Origin: an uncultured Candidatus Rokubacteria bacterium
GTDB taxonomy: Bacteria; Methylomirabilota; Methylomirabilia; Rokubacteriales; CSP1-6
Assembly (NCBI GenBank): GCA_963789955.1
Contig: CAWBMV010000003.1
Location: 96,001 to 160,000, forward strand
Reading direction: 5' to 3'
DNA length: 64,000 nt
This document shows, piece by piece, positions 49,954 to 60,265 of this stretch; positions within the stretch are counted from its first letter, which is position 1, and each line of letters starts with the position of its first letter. Under the pieces are notes generated by a model. The model was given only the letters and a program-made list of their open reading frames with translations. It was not told the DNA's origin and made no database searches. The translations under genes were made by a program, and so were the position numbers.

Positions 49954-51044
49954 GAGAGGATCCGAACGAGATACCGCTCGAACTCGGTGGTCTTCGCGTC
50001 GAGCGAAAAGTCCTGTTCGACCCGCCGACGCGCTTCCATTCCGAGCCGCTGGCGCAGGCCCGCGTCGGCGGCGAGGCGTTGGGCCGCCGCGGCCAGCTCG
50101 TCGACACTCCCTGGCGCCACCACGAGGCCGCTCAGCTCGTCCACGACGATCTCGCGGACGCTCCCGACATCCGTTGTGATGCAGGGCAGACCACTCGCCA
50201 TGGCCTCCACGAGGGTATTGGGGAACGCTTCGGACTCGGAAAGGCTGGGCAGAACGAACGCGTCGAAGTTCGACAGGAGATCGGGCAGGTCCCGCCGAAA
50301 GCCGAGCCAGTGCACGCGATTCGCGAGGCCGAGCGCGTCGATCTGTCGCTCGAGTCGCTTCTGCTCGGGTCCCGTGCCCACGATAGCCAGATAGACGTGG
50401 TGCCCGCCAGGGACCAGCCTCGCGAGCGCCTCGAGGAGAATCTGGTGGCCTTTGCGGCGACTGATCCGGCTCGTGACACCGAAGAGCACGGCGTCGGCGG
50501 GGAGCCTCCACGCTCGTTTGAGCGCGTCGTGACGCTCGGGCCGGAACTGCTCCGTGTCCTTGCCGTTGTGGATCACCTCGATCGATTCCGGTCGAAGCCA
50601 GGGACATCGGCGTAGCATGTCGTCCTTGGCTCGATGCCCCACGGTCATCATCCGAGGCAGGAAGCGCCGGTAGAGGAGCCGCTCGAACGGCGTGTCGTCG
50701 ACGTCGTCGGGGCGGCCGACTCTGCGCACCACGGGCCGGTGAGCGACTGCGCCCGCGAGGGCGCCCGCCACGAGACCGAGACCGTAGTTGACGATGAGCA
50801 CGTCCGCAGCCATTTCCCGCGCCAGGGCGGCCAGCCGCACGACGGCAATCGGGGTGCCGAAGGGTCCGAAGGTGAAGCCGCGCGTGGGCAGACCGGCGTC
50901 GTGGCAAGCCTGAACCCATGCGTTGCCGCGCCGGCCCGCCATCATGCACCGATGGCCCCGGCGGCTCAGCACGATGGCCGTTTCGAGGGCCCAGGTCTTC
51001 ACGCCGCCCCACTCCACGTTCGCCAGGATGAAGAGGATGTTCAT
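49950..51044 (-). CDS. GT4 glycosyltransferase
   Basis: WGGVK, IHNG, RKGH, EAFPNTLVEAMASG. Confidence 0.88.
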   Translation of the reverse strand: MNILFILANVEWGGVKTWALETAIVLSRRGHRCMMAGRRGNAWVQACHDAGLPTRGFTFGPFGTPIAVVRLAALAREMAADVLIVNYGLGLVAGALAGAVAHRPVVRRVGRPDDVDDTPFERLLYRRFLPRMMTVGHRAKDDMLRRCPWLRPESIEVIHNGKDTEQFRPERHDALKRAWRLPADAVLFGVTSRISRRKGHQILLEALARLVPGGHHVYLAIVGTGPEQKRLERQIDALGLANRVHWLGFRRDLPDLLSNFDAFVLPSLSESEAFPNTLVEAMASGLPCITTDVGSVREIVVDELSGLVVAPGSVDELAAAAQRLAADAGLRQRLGMEARRRVEQDFSLDAKTTEFERYLVRILS

Positions 51045-52777
51045 GGGCTGCAGCGGTAGAGGAGAAAGTCATCGTCGTCGCGGCGCCGGGCGCGCTCGAG
51101 CTGATCGACGACGCATGGCCGACGCTCCTCGCGCACCGTCACCTCGAGCCGCTGCGGGTACTCTGAGGTCTGAAGCTGCCCGGCATTGACCCACAGCGTG
51201 GCCGGCGGCCTGGTTATGTCGCGTACGTGCGTGAAGCCCGTCCAGAAGATCGACGGGGGCTGTCGCGGCGCGTCTCGGTCGTTACCGGTGTATGTGTTGC
51301 TCCGGGTCACGACCGAGAACTCGGTCTCTGCTGCGGCCGGCGATTGTCTAAACAGCTCGAGCAGGTAAGACAGCTGAAGCACGGTCTCGTGAAAACTGCC
51401 GGATCCCGTCACCACGAGCACTGGCGCCGTCGCGGCCGCAGCGAGCGCCGCCCCCGCTCGATCGGGTTTTGTCCTCTTGGGAAACTCGAGCCCGATATCC
51501 GTCGCGACGGCGTTCCCGAAGCCGACGAGAAGGATGAGGGACAGAGCGGTCCAGGCCGGCGGCTCGACCAGGGCTCGGCGCCATGACGCCCCTGCTCGGG
51601 CGGGCAGCTCGGCGAGGATCCACGCAAACAGCGCAACGATCGCGGGGTAGTACACGAAGTGGTAGCGCGCTTCCGACACGAAATTCTTCTGGTATACGAG
51701 CGATGCGACGAGCAGCTCGGCGAGCGTGATGGCGGACACGAGCAGGAGGGCATCCGCGGCCGGTGGCCGTGACGCCGCACGGAGTCGTCGGCCGAGGCCG
51801 ACGAATGCGATCACCAGCATCCAGGCGCCGAAGACGATCGTCACTGCTTCGGTGATGACCAGGACCGGGAAGGAGGCATATTCCCACCCGCGGCCGGCGA
51901 ACATCGCGCGCCACGCGTCGAGCGTGCTGACGACGATGAACCACGGCGCCTTGAGCCGCATCCATCCCTGCTCGGGGCTCACTGAATGTTTTAACAGGAT
52001 CGGCAGCCACGGCAGGAACGCGATGCCGGCGACCGTGAGACTCACCGCGAGCCACCAGAGCTGCGGCAACGAGCGCTCGCGCGCCATGAGGATGGCCAGG
52101 GCGAGCGCCTGCGCGGCGAAGGCCAGCGTGCTGTAGTAATGCGCGTAGCACGCACAGATGTTGAGCGTCGTCCACGCGGCCCAGAGCGTCGGCGGAATCG
52201 ATCGCATGCCCGTCAGGCGCTTGACCATTGTCACCAAGACCCAGAACGCGGCCGCGAGCAGCATCAGCGGCAGGGTATAGTTTCGACCTTCCTGCGCGAG
52301 CATCACCATCGCGGGCGAGACCGCGGCGAGTGCCGCAGCGATGAGCCCGGCGCGCTCCCCGAACGCGGACCGCGCCAGGCCAAAGATCAGCATGACGGCG
52401 AGGACGCCAAAGACGGCCGCCACGGCGCGCAGTGTCCAGGCCAGCTCACTCAGCGGTGGTGCCAACCATGCTAGCCACGCGTGCATCAGCACGTAGAACA
52501 GAGGAGGGTGGGTGTGCTGGACGGCCGGATCGATGAGTCGTGTCACGACGTCGAGCCAGGTTGCCGAGGGATTGAGCGAGAAGATTGAGGCGAGGGCTGT
52601 GAGGGGTCTGGCCACGCCGAGCGGCACATCGTCGGGGCCCCGCCCGAGCACGACGAGGGCTGTCATGGCCTCGTCGATCCAGAGCGGCTTTGACCCGAGC
52701 CCAGCGAACCGGACCACCGCGGCGACGACGAGGATTGCGATGAGGGCGATCGAGCATCGCTCGGCGTGAAGCCGCAT
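51041..52777 (-). CDS. GT-C fold membrane glycosyltransferase (GT39/ArnT-like)
   Basis: LWIDEA, HPPLFY, QEGRNY, FLPWLP; multi-TM. Confidence 0.8.
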   Translation of the reverse strand: MRLHAERCSIALIAILVVAAVVRFAGLGSKPLWIDEAMTALVVLGRGPDDVPLGVARPLTALASIFSLNPSATWLDVVTRLIDPAVQHTHPPLFYVLMHAWLAWLAPPLSELAWTLRAVAAVFGVLAVMLIFGLARSAFGERAGLIAAALAAVSPAMVMLAQEGRNYTLPLMLLAAAFWVLVTMVKRLTGMRSIPPTLWAAWTTLNICACYAHYYSTLAFAAQALALAILMARERSLPQLWWLAVSLTVAGIAFLPWLPILLKHSVSPEQGWMRLKAPWFIVVSTLDAWRAMFAGRGWEYASFPVLVITEAVTIVFGAWMLVIAFVGLGRRLRAASRPPAADALLLVSAITLAELLVASLVYQKNFVSEARYHFVYYPAIVALFAWILAELPARAGASWRRALVEPPAWTALSLILLVGFGNAVATDIGLEFPKRTKPDRAGAALAAAATAPVLVVTGSGSFHETVLQLSYLLELFRQSPAAAETEFSVVTRSNTYTGNDRDAPRQPPSIFWTGFTHVRDITRPPATLWVNAGQLQTSEYPQRLEVTVREERRPCVVDQLERARRRDDDDFLLYRCSP

Positions 52778-52829
52778 GGAGCCCGATATTATCACCGGGT
52801 GCTGGGGCGACGTGGTATGACACAGAGTC

Positions 52830-54557
52830 ATGAGGGCGCAGCTTCGCGCGCTGTTCGGCATGGTGCTCGAGCAGCGGTGGCTCGTCGCGGTCGGCGGCGT
52901 GTTCGTGGCGGTCGGTCTCGTCGCGGCGCTGTCCTATCCGGTTCTCGTGAGGCGTTTGATCGACGAAGGCATTCTGGCCGGGCAGCGGTCGCGGGTCAAC
53001 GAGCTCGCGCTGCTGCTTCTCGTGCTGCTGGTGGCGGAGGGCGTCGCCACCGTCGTCCGCGACCACTACTTCAATCTCGCGGCCGAGCGTGTGACCACAC
53101 GGCTCCGCCAGCGCGTGTTCGACCACCTCTTGAGTCAGGAGATCGCCTTCTTCGACAGCCGCAACGTCGGCGAGCTGACGACCCGCTTGTCGGACGACGT
53201 CGCAGTGATCAACCGTGTCGTCGGCGACCGGCTGGCCGACGCGGTGCGGTCCGTACTGGTGGGAGTGCTCGGAACGGTGCTGCTCATCTACACGTCGCCG
53301 ATACTCACGCTGCTTCTCATGCTCGCGGTGCCGCCGATCGCCGTGGTGGCATGGGTGCTCGGAGGGCGTGTGAAGACTCTCTCCGCCGACACGCAGCAGG
53401 CGTACGCCGATGCCGGCATCATCGTCGAAGAGTCGCTCACGGGTATCCGCACCGTGCGTGCGTTCTCGCAGGAGACCTCTCTGGGCCTTCGCTACAGAGA
53501 CAAGCTCCAGGCGGGTGTCGAGCTCGCTCGGCGGCGGATCCTCGCGAACTCCACGCGGAGCGGCGTGTCATTCCTGGCCGGCGAAGGCGCGGCGCTGTTC
53601 GGCCTGTGGGCCGGCGCCAACCTCATCATCGAGAACCGTCTCACCTCCGGCGCAGTGATCTCATTCGTCCTGTATGGACTCCAGATCGCCCGTGGCCTCC
53701 GGAGTGCGTCGGATTTCTGGGGCGAGGCCGTGCGCGGGCTCGGCGCGACGCAGTGGATCTTCGAGCTGCTCGCGCGTGAGCCCCAGCTGCCGGTCGACGG
53801 CGGCGTCCAGCCCGCGCGCGTGGAGGGTGCCGTTACGCTCGACCGTGTGCACTTTCGGTATCCGGCCCGGCCGGACGTCGAGGCCCTGGCGGGCGTCGAT
53901 CTCAGCATCCGGCCCGGCGAGGTCGTGGCGCTGGTCGGACGCTCGGGAGCCGGCAAGTCGACCATCCTGAACCTGCTGCTCCGCTTCTATGATCCGGATG
54001 AGGGCCGGATCCTGGTCGATGGGCACGATATACGAACCCTCGACGCGACGTGGCTGCGGTCCCAGATCGGTGTGGTCATGCAAGAGCCGATGCTGTTCTC
54101 GGGAACCATCGCCGACAACATCCGGTATGGACTCGTCACACGAAGCGACAGCGAGGTGGCCGCGGCGGCCGAGCTGGCCAACGCCCGAGAGTTCATCGAG
54201 CGTTTCCCCGCCGGATTCGCGACCACGATCGGCACGCGAGGTGTCCAGCTATCGGGTGGCCAGCGGCAGCGTCTGGCGATCGCGCGGGGAGTACTGCGCC
54301 GACCGAGGATCCTCGTCCTCGACGAGGCGACGAACGCGCTCGATTCGGAAAGCGAGGCCTTCGTGCACAAGGCGCTGCAGGCGCTCGACTACCGCCCGAC
54401 GACGTTGATCATCGCCCACCGACTCTCGACGGTGATCAACGTCGATCGCGTCGTCGTTCTCGATCGCGGACGGATCGTTGAAACCGGCCGCCACGACGAG
54501 CTGCTCAAGACCTCGACGGTCTACCGCCAGCTCGTCGAAACGCAGCTCGGTGTCTGA
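52830..54557 (+). CDS. ABC exporter, fused TMD+NBD (MsbA/ABCB-like)
   Basis: GRSGAGKST, LSGGQRQR, LDEAT, IAHRLST. Confidence 0.92.
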   Translation: MRAQLRALFGMVLEQRWLVAVGGVFVAVGLVAALSYPVLVRRLIDEGILAGQRSRVNELALLLLVLLVAEGVATVVRDHYFNLAAERVTTRLRQRVFDHLLSQEIAFFDSRNVGELTTRLSDDVAVINRVVGDRLADAVRSVLVGVLGTVLLIYTSPILTLLLMLAVPPIAVVAWVLGGRVKTLSADTQQAYADAGIIVEESLTGIRTVRAFSQETSLGLRYRDKLQAGVELARRRILANSTRSGVSFLAGEGAALFGLWAGANLIIENRLTSGAVISFVLYGLQIARGLRSASDFWGEAVRGLGATQWIFELLAREPQLPVDGGVQPARVEGAVTLDRVHFRYPARPDVEALAGVDLSIRPGEVVALVGRSGAGKSTILNLLLRFYDPDEGRILVDGHDIRTLDATWLRSQIGVVMQEPMLFSGTIADNIRYGLVTRSDSEVAAAAELANAREFIERFPAGFATTIGTRGVQLSGGQRQRLAIARGVLRRPRILVLDEATNALDSESEAFVHKALQALDYRPTTLIIAHRLSTVINVDRVVVLDRGRIVETGRHDELLKTSTVYRQLVETQLGV

Positions 54558-55525
54558 TGAGCTCGCAGGACAGCAAGGCCCAATGCGGCATCGGCTGGCA
54601 GGGCTGGTGGCGCGGAACTCCCGCCGACCGCTGGACGCTCGGTTACGCGCTGGCCGTCGCAGTCGTGCTCGTCTGCCGTGTTCCTGCCGCCTACCTGCCC
54701 GTCGTCTTCGTAGTCCACGGCCTCCTCGTCGCGCTTGCGCTTCTGATGCCTCGAGCTCGGCGGTCCGGACCGGTCGGGCGCTTCGTCGGCGATTGGTATC
54801 CGTTGCTCATCTTGACGGCGCTCTACACTGAGATCGGGCTTGCCAACCTAGCCGACGGGCGGGCCTACGACCGGATCGTGCTGAGCTGGGAGCAAGCGCT
54901 GTTCGGCTTCCAACCTGCACGCGAGTGGATTCGCTCGAGCCCGTCAGTCTGGCTCTCCTGGGTCCTGCATCTCGGGTACCTGGCGTACTACGCCATCATT
55001 GTCGCGGCGCCGCTCGCTCTCTGGCTCACCCGACAGCGGGAGGCGATGCAGCGAGCCGTGACGACTATCACGGCCACCTTCTACCTCTGCTACGCGACGT
55101 ACCTTGTCTTCCCCGTCGTCGGGCCCCGGCACGTGTTCCCGGCGGCGGACAACGCCGCGGCGCAGACCGCCATTGCGCAGTGGACGGCGCGGTTCCTCGA
55201 ACACGTGTCTGCATGGGGCGCCGCGTTCCCGTCGAGCCACGTCGCGGTCGCCGTTGCCGCTACGGCCGTGGCACTTCTCGAGTGGCGGGTGCTCGGCCTC
55301 GCGCTCGTGGTCCCGACCACGCTGTTGACCCTCGGCAGCGTGTACGGGCAGTTCCACTACGCCGTCGACGCACTGGCGGGGATCGGCGTCGGGCTCGCGG
55401 TGGCGCTTGGTGCCTGGCTCGTGTCGCGAAAGGGCGCCACCGCGATAGAAGTGGCCCCGGGACTCGGCATGACGCGACAGCCGCCTATGCCTCCGGCCGA
55501 TCGCCGGAACAGTTTTCCGACGTGA
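54557..55525 (+). CDS. PAP2-superfamily membrane protein, AUR1/IPC-synthase-like
   Basis: YLVFPVVGPR, AAFPSSHV, FHYAVD; coupled to the ABC gene (TGATG). Confidence 0.75.
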   Translation: MSSQDSKAQCGIGWQGWWRGTPADRWTLGYALAVAVVLVCRVPAAYLPVVFVVHGLLVALALLMPRARRSGPVGRFVGDWYPLLILTALYTEIGLANLADGRAYDRIVLSWEQALFGFQPAREWIRSSPSVWLSWVLHLGYLAYYAIIVAAPLALWLTRQREAMQRAVTTITATFYLCYATYLVFPVVGPRHVFPAADNAAAQTAIAQWTARFLEHVSAWGAAFPSSHVAVAVAATAVALLEWRVLGLALVVPTTLLTLGSVYGQFHYAVDALAGIGVGLAVALGAWLVSRKGATAIEVAPGLGMTRQPPMPPADRRNSFPT

Positions 55526-55567
55526 TTGGAACGTCTCGACGAAGGCCGCGCGTCGATCGTGACGGAA

Positions 55568-56296
55568 CTACGAGCGGAGCGTGCCGAACACGCGGTCCCA
55601 GAGCGGACTGGACACGCCGAACTGTATCTCCGGCGTGCGAAAGTGGTGCGTGAGGTGATGGTGACGGAGGTAGCGCGCGACACGACCCCGGAGCGAGCCG
55701 GCGTGGCAGGCGTAGTGGAGCAGGTCGTAGACCAGGTAGCCGAAGATCGCACCGGCGAAGACCGGCGCAGATGCCGTCCCGACCAGCAACCGCAGCACAA
55801 AGAACAGAAAGGCCGCCACCGGCACCGTGACGATCGGCGGCATGAGCCAGCGGCGCCGGTCTTCGGGGAACGCATGGTGGACACCGTGAATCAAGTACGC
55901 GAACAGGACGCCGAGCCGGCCGCGGGGCGTCAAGTGGAACACGAAGCGATGAAGCAGATACTCCATCGCTGTCCACAGCACGACCCCGCCACCGAAAAGG
56001 AGGGAAGATACGAGAGGCGACCATCCCGCCACGACTCCCGCCCAGACGAAGTAGGCCGAGACCGGCAGATAGATCAAGACCAGCGTCCGAGGTCGCGTGC
56101 CCGTGAACCACTCGAGGAATGGGTGATTGAACATCTGGGGCTGTCCAGGCCGCGGCGCTCCCCAGTCGTGCACACTGAGTGTCACGGGACCGACAAGGGT
56201 CATAGGGCCGGTTGGGAACCGACGGAAAGTGGACGACCACATCGCGCGTGCCGAGGCGTCCGGCGGCTGCAGAAGACTACCGCGCGCTTGATTCAC
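55568..56296 (-). CDS. Fatty-acid 2-hydroxylase (SCS7/FA2H-like)
   Basis: WTAMEYLLHRFVFH, IHGVHHAFP..MPP, YDLLHY, HHLTHHF, FGVSSPLWDRVFGT. Confidence 0.85.
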   Translation of the reverse strand: MNQARGSLLQPPDASARAMWSSTFRRFPTGPMTLVGPVTLSVHDWGAPRPGQPQMFNHPFLEWFTGTRPRTLVLIYLPVSAYFVWAGVVAGWSPLVSSLLFGGGVVLWTAMEYLLHRFVFHLTPRGRLGVLFAYLIHGVHHAFPEDRRRWLMPPIVTVPVAAFLFFVLRLLVGTASAPVFAGAIFGYLVYDLLHYACHAGSLRGRVARYLRHHHLTHHFRTPEIQFGVSSPLWDRVFGTLRS

Positions 56297-56397
56297 GCCT
56301 GAAGTCTAGCCGCACTTTCCTACACTGGCAAGGCGATGGCCCATGAGCCGACGACGATCGACCGGGATAGCGCCCGGGCCCATCAGTCTGGTGTCCT

Positions 56398-57382
56398 GTG
56401 CGCGTGCTGGTGACCGGGGCGACCGGGCTCTTGGGCGCCAATGTTGTGCGGGCTCTCCTCGGGGCCGGCCATGCGGTGCGCGCAGCGGTCAGGGCTTCCT
56501 CGAGGCAACTCGCGCTCACGGACTTGCCCGTGGAGACATCGGTACTGACGCTGGAGGAGCCCGAATCGGTGGCAGCAGCGATGGCCGGGTGTCAGGCCGT
56601 TGTCCACGCGGCGGCGGCTAATTGGGTCGGCCGGAGCGGGCGAGCGTGGATGGAGCGGGTCAACGTGCAGGGCACCGAAGCGGTGTGCAGAGTCGCCTTG
56701 GAGACCGGTATTCGCCGTATGGTCCACGTCTCATCGGTCGACACGCTCGGTATCCGCTCCCTCGAGCACCCCGCCGACGAGGAGTGCCGATCTGATCTGG
56801 CGCACCTGCGTTGCCCCTACATCGACACGAAGAGAGCCGCCGAGGACGTCGTCCTCGGTCACGTGGCGCTGGGACTCCCCGCCGTGATCGTCAACCCAAC
56901 CTTTATGCTGGGCCCCTGGGACACCCGTCCTACTTCAGGTCGAATGCTCCTGGAGATCGCCAAGGGATGGGCGCTTCTCGCCCCGCGGGGCGGGAACTGC
57001 TTTCTGGACGTGCGCGACGCGGCGATCGGGGTCGTTGCTGCACTGGAAAGAGGGCGGGTGGGTCGGCGCTACATCTTGGGAGGCCAGAACCTCACATACC
57101 TCGACGCCTGGCGACGGATCGCCCCAATCGTCGGAGGGCGCGGGCCCCTCGGTACTGCCCCGTCCGCTGGCGCCTGGCTCCTCGGTCGTGCAGCCGGCTT
57201 CTGGGGGCGGCTCAGAGGTCAAGGAGCCCGTAGTCAATCCAGTCAGCGTGGCCATGGGCGAACTGCCGCATTACTTCAGCTCCGCTCGAGCCCGCGCCGA
57301 GCTGAACTTCCCCGAGAGCGACTTCGAGCGCGCCGTCTCGGACGCTTGGCGCTGGTTCCGAGAGCACGGCTATGCGCCCTGA
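56398..57382 (+). CDS. Extended SDR reductase (dihydroflavonol-reductase/HpnA-like); indel near 57220
   Basis: VLVTGATGLLG, YIDTK, VNPTFMLGP. C-terminus YFSSARARAEL..WFREHGY is in the next frame. Confidence 0.82.
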
Positions 57383-57434
57383 CAATGGTTTCCGCATTGC
57401 GCGGAGTGGCGCGAAGAGCCTAAGGCGCGTGTTT

Positions 57435-58148
57435 TCAGCGGTGCGCCAAGAGCCGACGGAATTCCGCGAGCTCGCGCGGCGGCACGTCCGACCGTTCGCG
57501 GAGCGCGGCGTCGACGCGGCCCGGGTCGTCGTCGATCGCGCGCGCGGTCTTCGCGATGTCGCCGACGATGCGCGTCGTCACCTTCATGGCTCGGGGCGCC
57601 ACGACCGCGTGGAACAACCGGGCCAGCGCTTCGAACGCGGCGTTGTCGATCCGGACGAAGCTGGCCATCGCCGGCGTGATGAGGCTCTTGCCGTCTGCTT
57701 GCGGCTTGATGGTGTAGTCGAGGAGCACCACGACGCGCCCGTGGATCGCGGGCAAAACCTGTGGTTGGTAGCGGCCCTGCAGATAGAAGATGCGGCTGCC
57801 TCGCGTCGCATACGCGATCCGGAACCGCACCAGGGCTCCCGCGGTGTCGTCGAGCCAGAGCCCATCGGGCTCACGCCAGATCCGATAGCGACCGATCTCG
57901 AGTGCCCGGATCACATGTGTCGCGAAGTCAGGGTGATCGAGCAGGTATTCGAACACGTCGTCCCGCACGAGAAAGGATTCGCCGTTCGACTGCGCAGTAA
58001 CCGACGCGTTCTCGGTGACCTGCTCCAGGCGAGCTCGCTCCGGCTCCGGCAGATCCGGGGGCAGCGCCGCCGTGGGCCAGGTCGCGAGGGCGCTCCCCAC
58101 GAAGATGAAGAGCAGGCCGACACCGGCGGCTCCGACTCTGATGGTCAT
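57435..58148 (-). CDS. Hypothetical exported protein
   Basis: Signal-like N-terminus, FEYLLDHPDFA, coherent composition; divergent from the GNAT gene. Confidence 0.65.
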   Translation of the reverse strand: MTIRVGAAGVGLLFIFVGSALATWPTAALPPDLPEPERARLEQVTENASVTAQSNGESFLVRDDVFEYLLDHPDFATHVIRALEIGRYRIWREPDGLWLDDTAGALVRFRIAYATRGSRIFYLQGRYQPQVLPAIHGRVVVLLDYTIKPQADGKSLITPAMASFVRIDNAAFEALARLFHAVVAPRAMKVTTRIVGDIAKTARAIDDDPGRVDAALRERSDVPPRELAEFRRLLAHR

Positions 58149-58207
58149 CGCAGCGCGTCCAGTATACGTCGCTGACTTGATTCGGTAGTACGAGCTACAC
58201 TCGGCCA

Positions 58208-59335
58208 ATGGCGCCTCTCGAGATCATTCGCGCCGAGACCGGGAGTGCCTTTCGCGCGTTCATCGACCTCCCGTATCGCCTCTATCGAGACCACCCGCAC
58301 TTCGTGCCTCCCCTGCGGCGGGAGCGCCGCGATCTCTTCGACAAGGCGCGGCACCCGTTCTTCCGCCATGCCGACGGCGCATTCTTCCTCGCCCGCCGCG
58401 GCGGCCAACCGGTCGGCCGCATCGAAGCCATCGTCAATCACGCGCACAATCAGTTCCATGACGATCGGGTCGGGTTCTTCGGCGCGTTTGAAAGCGAAAA
58501 CGACCGGGCGGTGTCCGACGCCTTGCTCGAAAGCGCCGCTCGGTGGCTCGGTGAGCGGGGATTGCAAGTCATGCGGGGCCCCGTCACTCACTCCACCAAC
58601 GAGGAGACGGGGCTGCTGATCGAGGGGTTCGAGGAGCCACCAATGATCGGGATGCCCTACAATCCGCCGTACTACGCCATGCTGGTCGAGGCCTTCGGCC
58701 TCACCAAGGCCAAGGACGTCTACGGCTGGGAGATCCGTGCGGAACAGACGATACCTGAGAAGATCCACCGCGTGGCCGACATCGTGCGGAAGAGCACGAA
58801 CGTCGTCGTTCGCCGGGCGAACTTCGCAGACTACGCCGGCGAGATTCGGCGGGCTATGGGTGTCTACAATGCCTCCTGGACGCGCAACTGGGGGTTCGTC
58901 CCGCTCACCGAGGCCGAGTTCGTTCACGCCGCCGATCAACTACGACCCGTCCTCGAGCGCTTCCCGGAAGGGGTGTTGTTGGCTGAGGTAGCCGGACGAG
59001 CGGTCGGTTTCTGCCTGGCCGCGCTGGACGTCAATCAAGCGCTCCGACGAGTGCGGAATGGGCGGCTCTTTCCGTTCGGGTTCTGGCATCTCTATCGCGG
59101 ACTCCGGCGCGTCGACCAGATTCGCGTGATGGCGCTCGGTATTCTTCCCGAGTTCCGGCATCGCGGCATCGATGCGGTCATTTACCTCGAGCTCTTGAGT
59201 CACGGCCAGCGCCTCGGCTATCGGCGCGCGGAGATCGGTTGGACACTCGAGGACAACCGTGCGATGAATCGAGCGATCCTCATGGGCGGCCGTCATCACA
59301 AGACGTACCGCCTCTACGAGGCGCCGCTACCCTGA
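58208..59335 (+). CDS. Double-GNAT N-acyltransferase, bacterial ceramide synthase (bCerS)-like
   Basis: FIDLPYRLY..VPPL, HPFF, VGRI, GFFGAFE, GLLIEGF..MPYNPPYY, NWGFVPLT, LGILPEFRHRG, WTLEDN, KTYRLY. Confidence 0.78.
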   Translation: MAPLEIIRAETGSAFRAFIDLPYRLYRDHPHFVPPLRRERRDLFDKARHPFFRHADGAFFLARRGGQPVGRIEAIVNHAHNQFHDDRVGFFGAFESENDRAVSDALLESAARWLGERGLQVMRGPVTHSTNEETGLLIEGFEEPPMIGMPYNPPYYAMLVEAFGLTKAKDVYGWEIRAEQTIPEKIHRVADIVRKSTNVVVRRANFADYAGEIRRAMGVYNASWTRNWGFVPLTEAEFVHAADQLRPVLERFPEGVLLAEVAGRAVGFCLAALDVNQALRRVRNGRLFPFGFWHLYRGLRRVDQIRVMALGILPEFRHRGIDAVIYLELLSHGQRLGYRRAEIGWTLEDNRAMNRAILMGGRHHKTYRLYEAPLP

Positions 59336-59350
59336 TGTAAGCCGTTCTGC

Positions 59351-59379
59351 TTGACATCGTTCCCTGCCTGCCATTAACT
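59351..59379 (+). promoter_or_regulatory. Sigma-70-type promoter for the FAS-II operon
   Basis: TTGACA-N17-TTAACT, about 70 nt upstream of ATG 59450. Confidence 0.55.
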
Positions 59380-59449
59380 CGGGCCTACGCTCTCTCCAGC
59401 CGAGCCTCAGCGCTCGCTGGCCACTACCATTGGGTACGAGGGACATCGA

Positions 59450-60223
59450 ATGGGATCCTGTCGCGGCCGTGTGGCCTTGGTCACCGGCAGCTCGCGTGGA
59501 CTGGGTCGAGTCATTGCACGGAAGCTGAGCGAGGCCGGCGCTGACCTGATCATCAACTATCGTCAGGCCGGTGGCCGCTCGGAGGCCCAGGCTCGAGCCC
59601 TCGCCAAGGAGCTCGTGGAGGGCGGATCCCGCGCGGTGGCCATCCAAGCCGATATCGGCCAGAAGGACGCCGTCGCCGCCATGTTCCAGCAGATCGGCGC
59701 CGAGTTCGGACGGCTGGACATCCTCGTGCTCAACGCGGCGCGCGCTCCCTTCAAGAAGGCCGGCGAGCTTCTCAAGCGCGACCTTCTCGAGCTCGTCGAG
59801 ACCAACTACCTCGGAAATGTCTACTGCATGCAGCAGGCTCTGCCGCTGATGCAGGGCCGCCCGGGTCACGTCGTGTTCATCTCCAGTCTCGGCAGCCGCT
59901 TCGCGCTGCCGAACTACCCGCTTGGTAGCATGAAGGCGGCCATGGAAAGCCTCGTGAAACAGTGGGCGACCGAGCTCGGGGATCGTCAGATCACCGTGAA
60001 CGGCGTCACGGTCGGCCTGCTCAAGACGGATTCGCTGATCGTGCTGCGTCAGTACTGGCCCGGTGTGGAACGGCTGCCGCCGTCTGCGTTCGTCGAGCTG
60101 GAGGACGTGGCCGGAGTCGTGCTGTTTCTCTGTACAGACGCCGCGCGGAGCATCAGGGGCCAGAACCTCGTTGTCGACAACGGACTTTCCAACGAGCTCT
60201 TGCACTCTGCGCACAGTTCCTGA
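59450..60223 (+). CDS. Enoyl-ACP reductase (FabL-like SDR)
   Basis: TGSSRGLG, LNAA, SSLGS, NYPLGSMKAAME (Tyr-Lys spacing longer than YxxxK). Confidence 0.75.
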   Translation: MGSCRGRVALVTGSSRGLGRVIARKLSEAGADLIINYRQAGGRSEAQARALAKELVEGGSRAVAIQADIGQKDAVAAMFQQIGAEFGRLDILVLNAARAPFKKAGELLKRDLLELVETNYLGNVYCMQQALPLMQGRPGHVVFISSLGSRFALPNYPLGSMKAAMESLVKQWATELGDRQITVNGVTVGLLKTDSLIVLRQYWPGVERLPPSAFVELEDVAGVVLFLCTDAARSIRGQNLVVDNGLSNELLHSAHSS

Positions 60224-60265
60224 CATCAGCGATCGCCTCATTGAGAGGAGGTCCACGAGGGGAGA

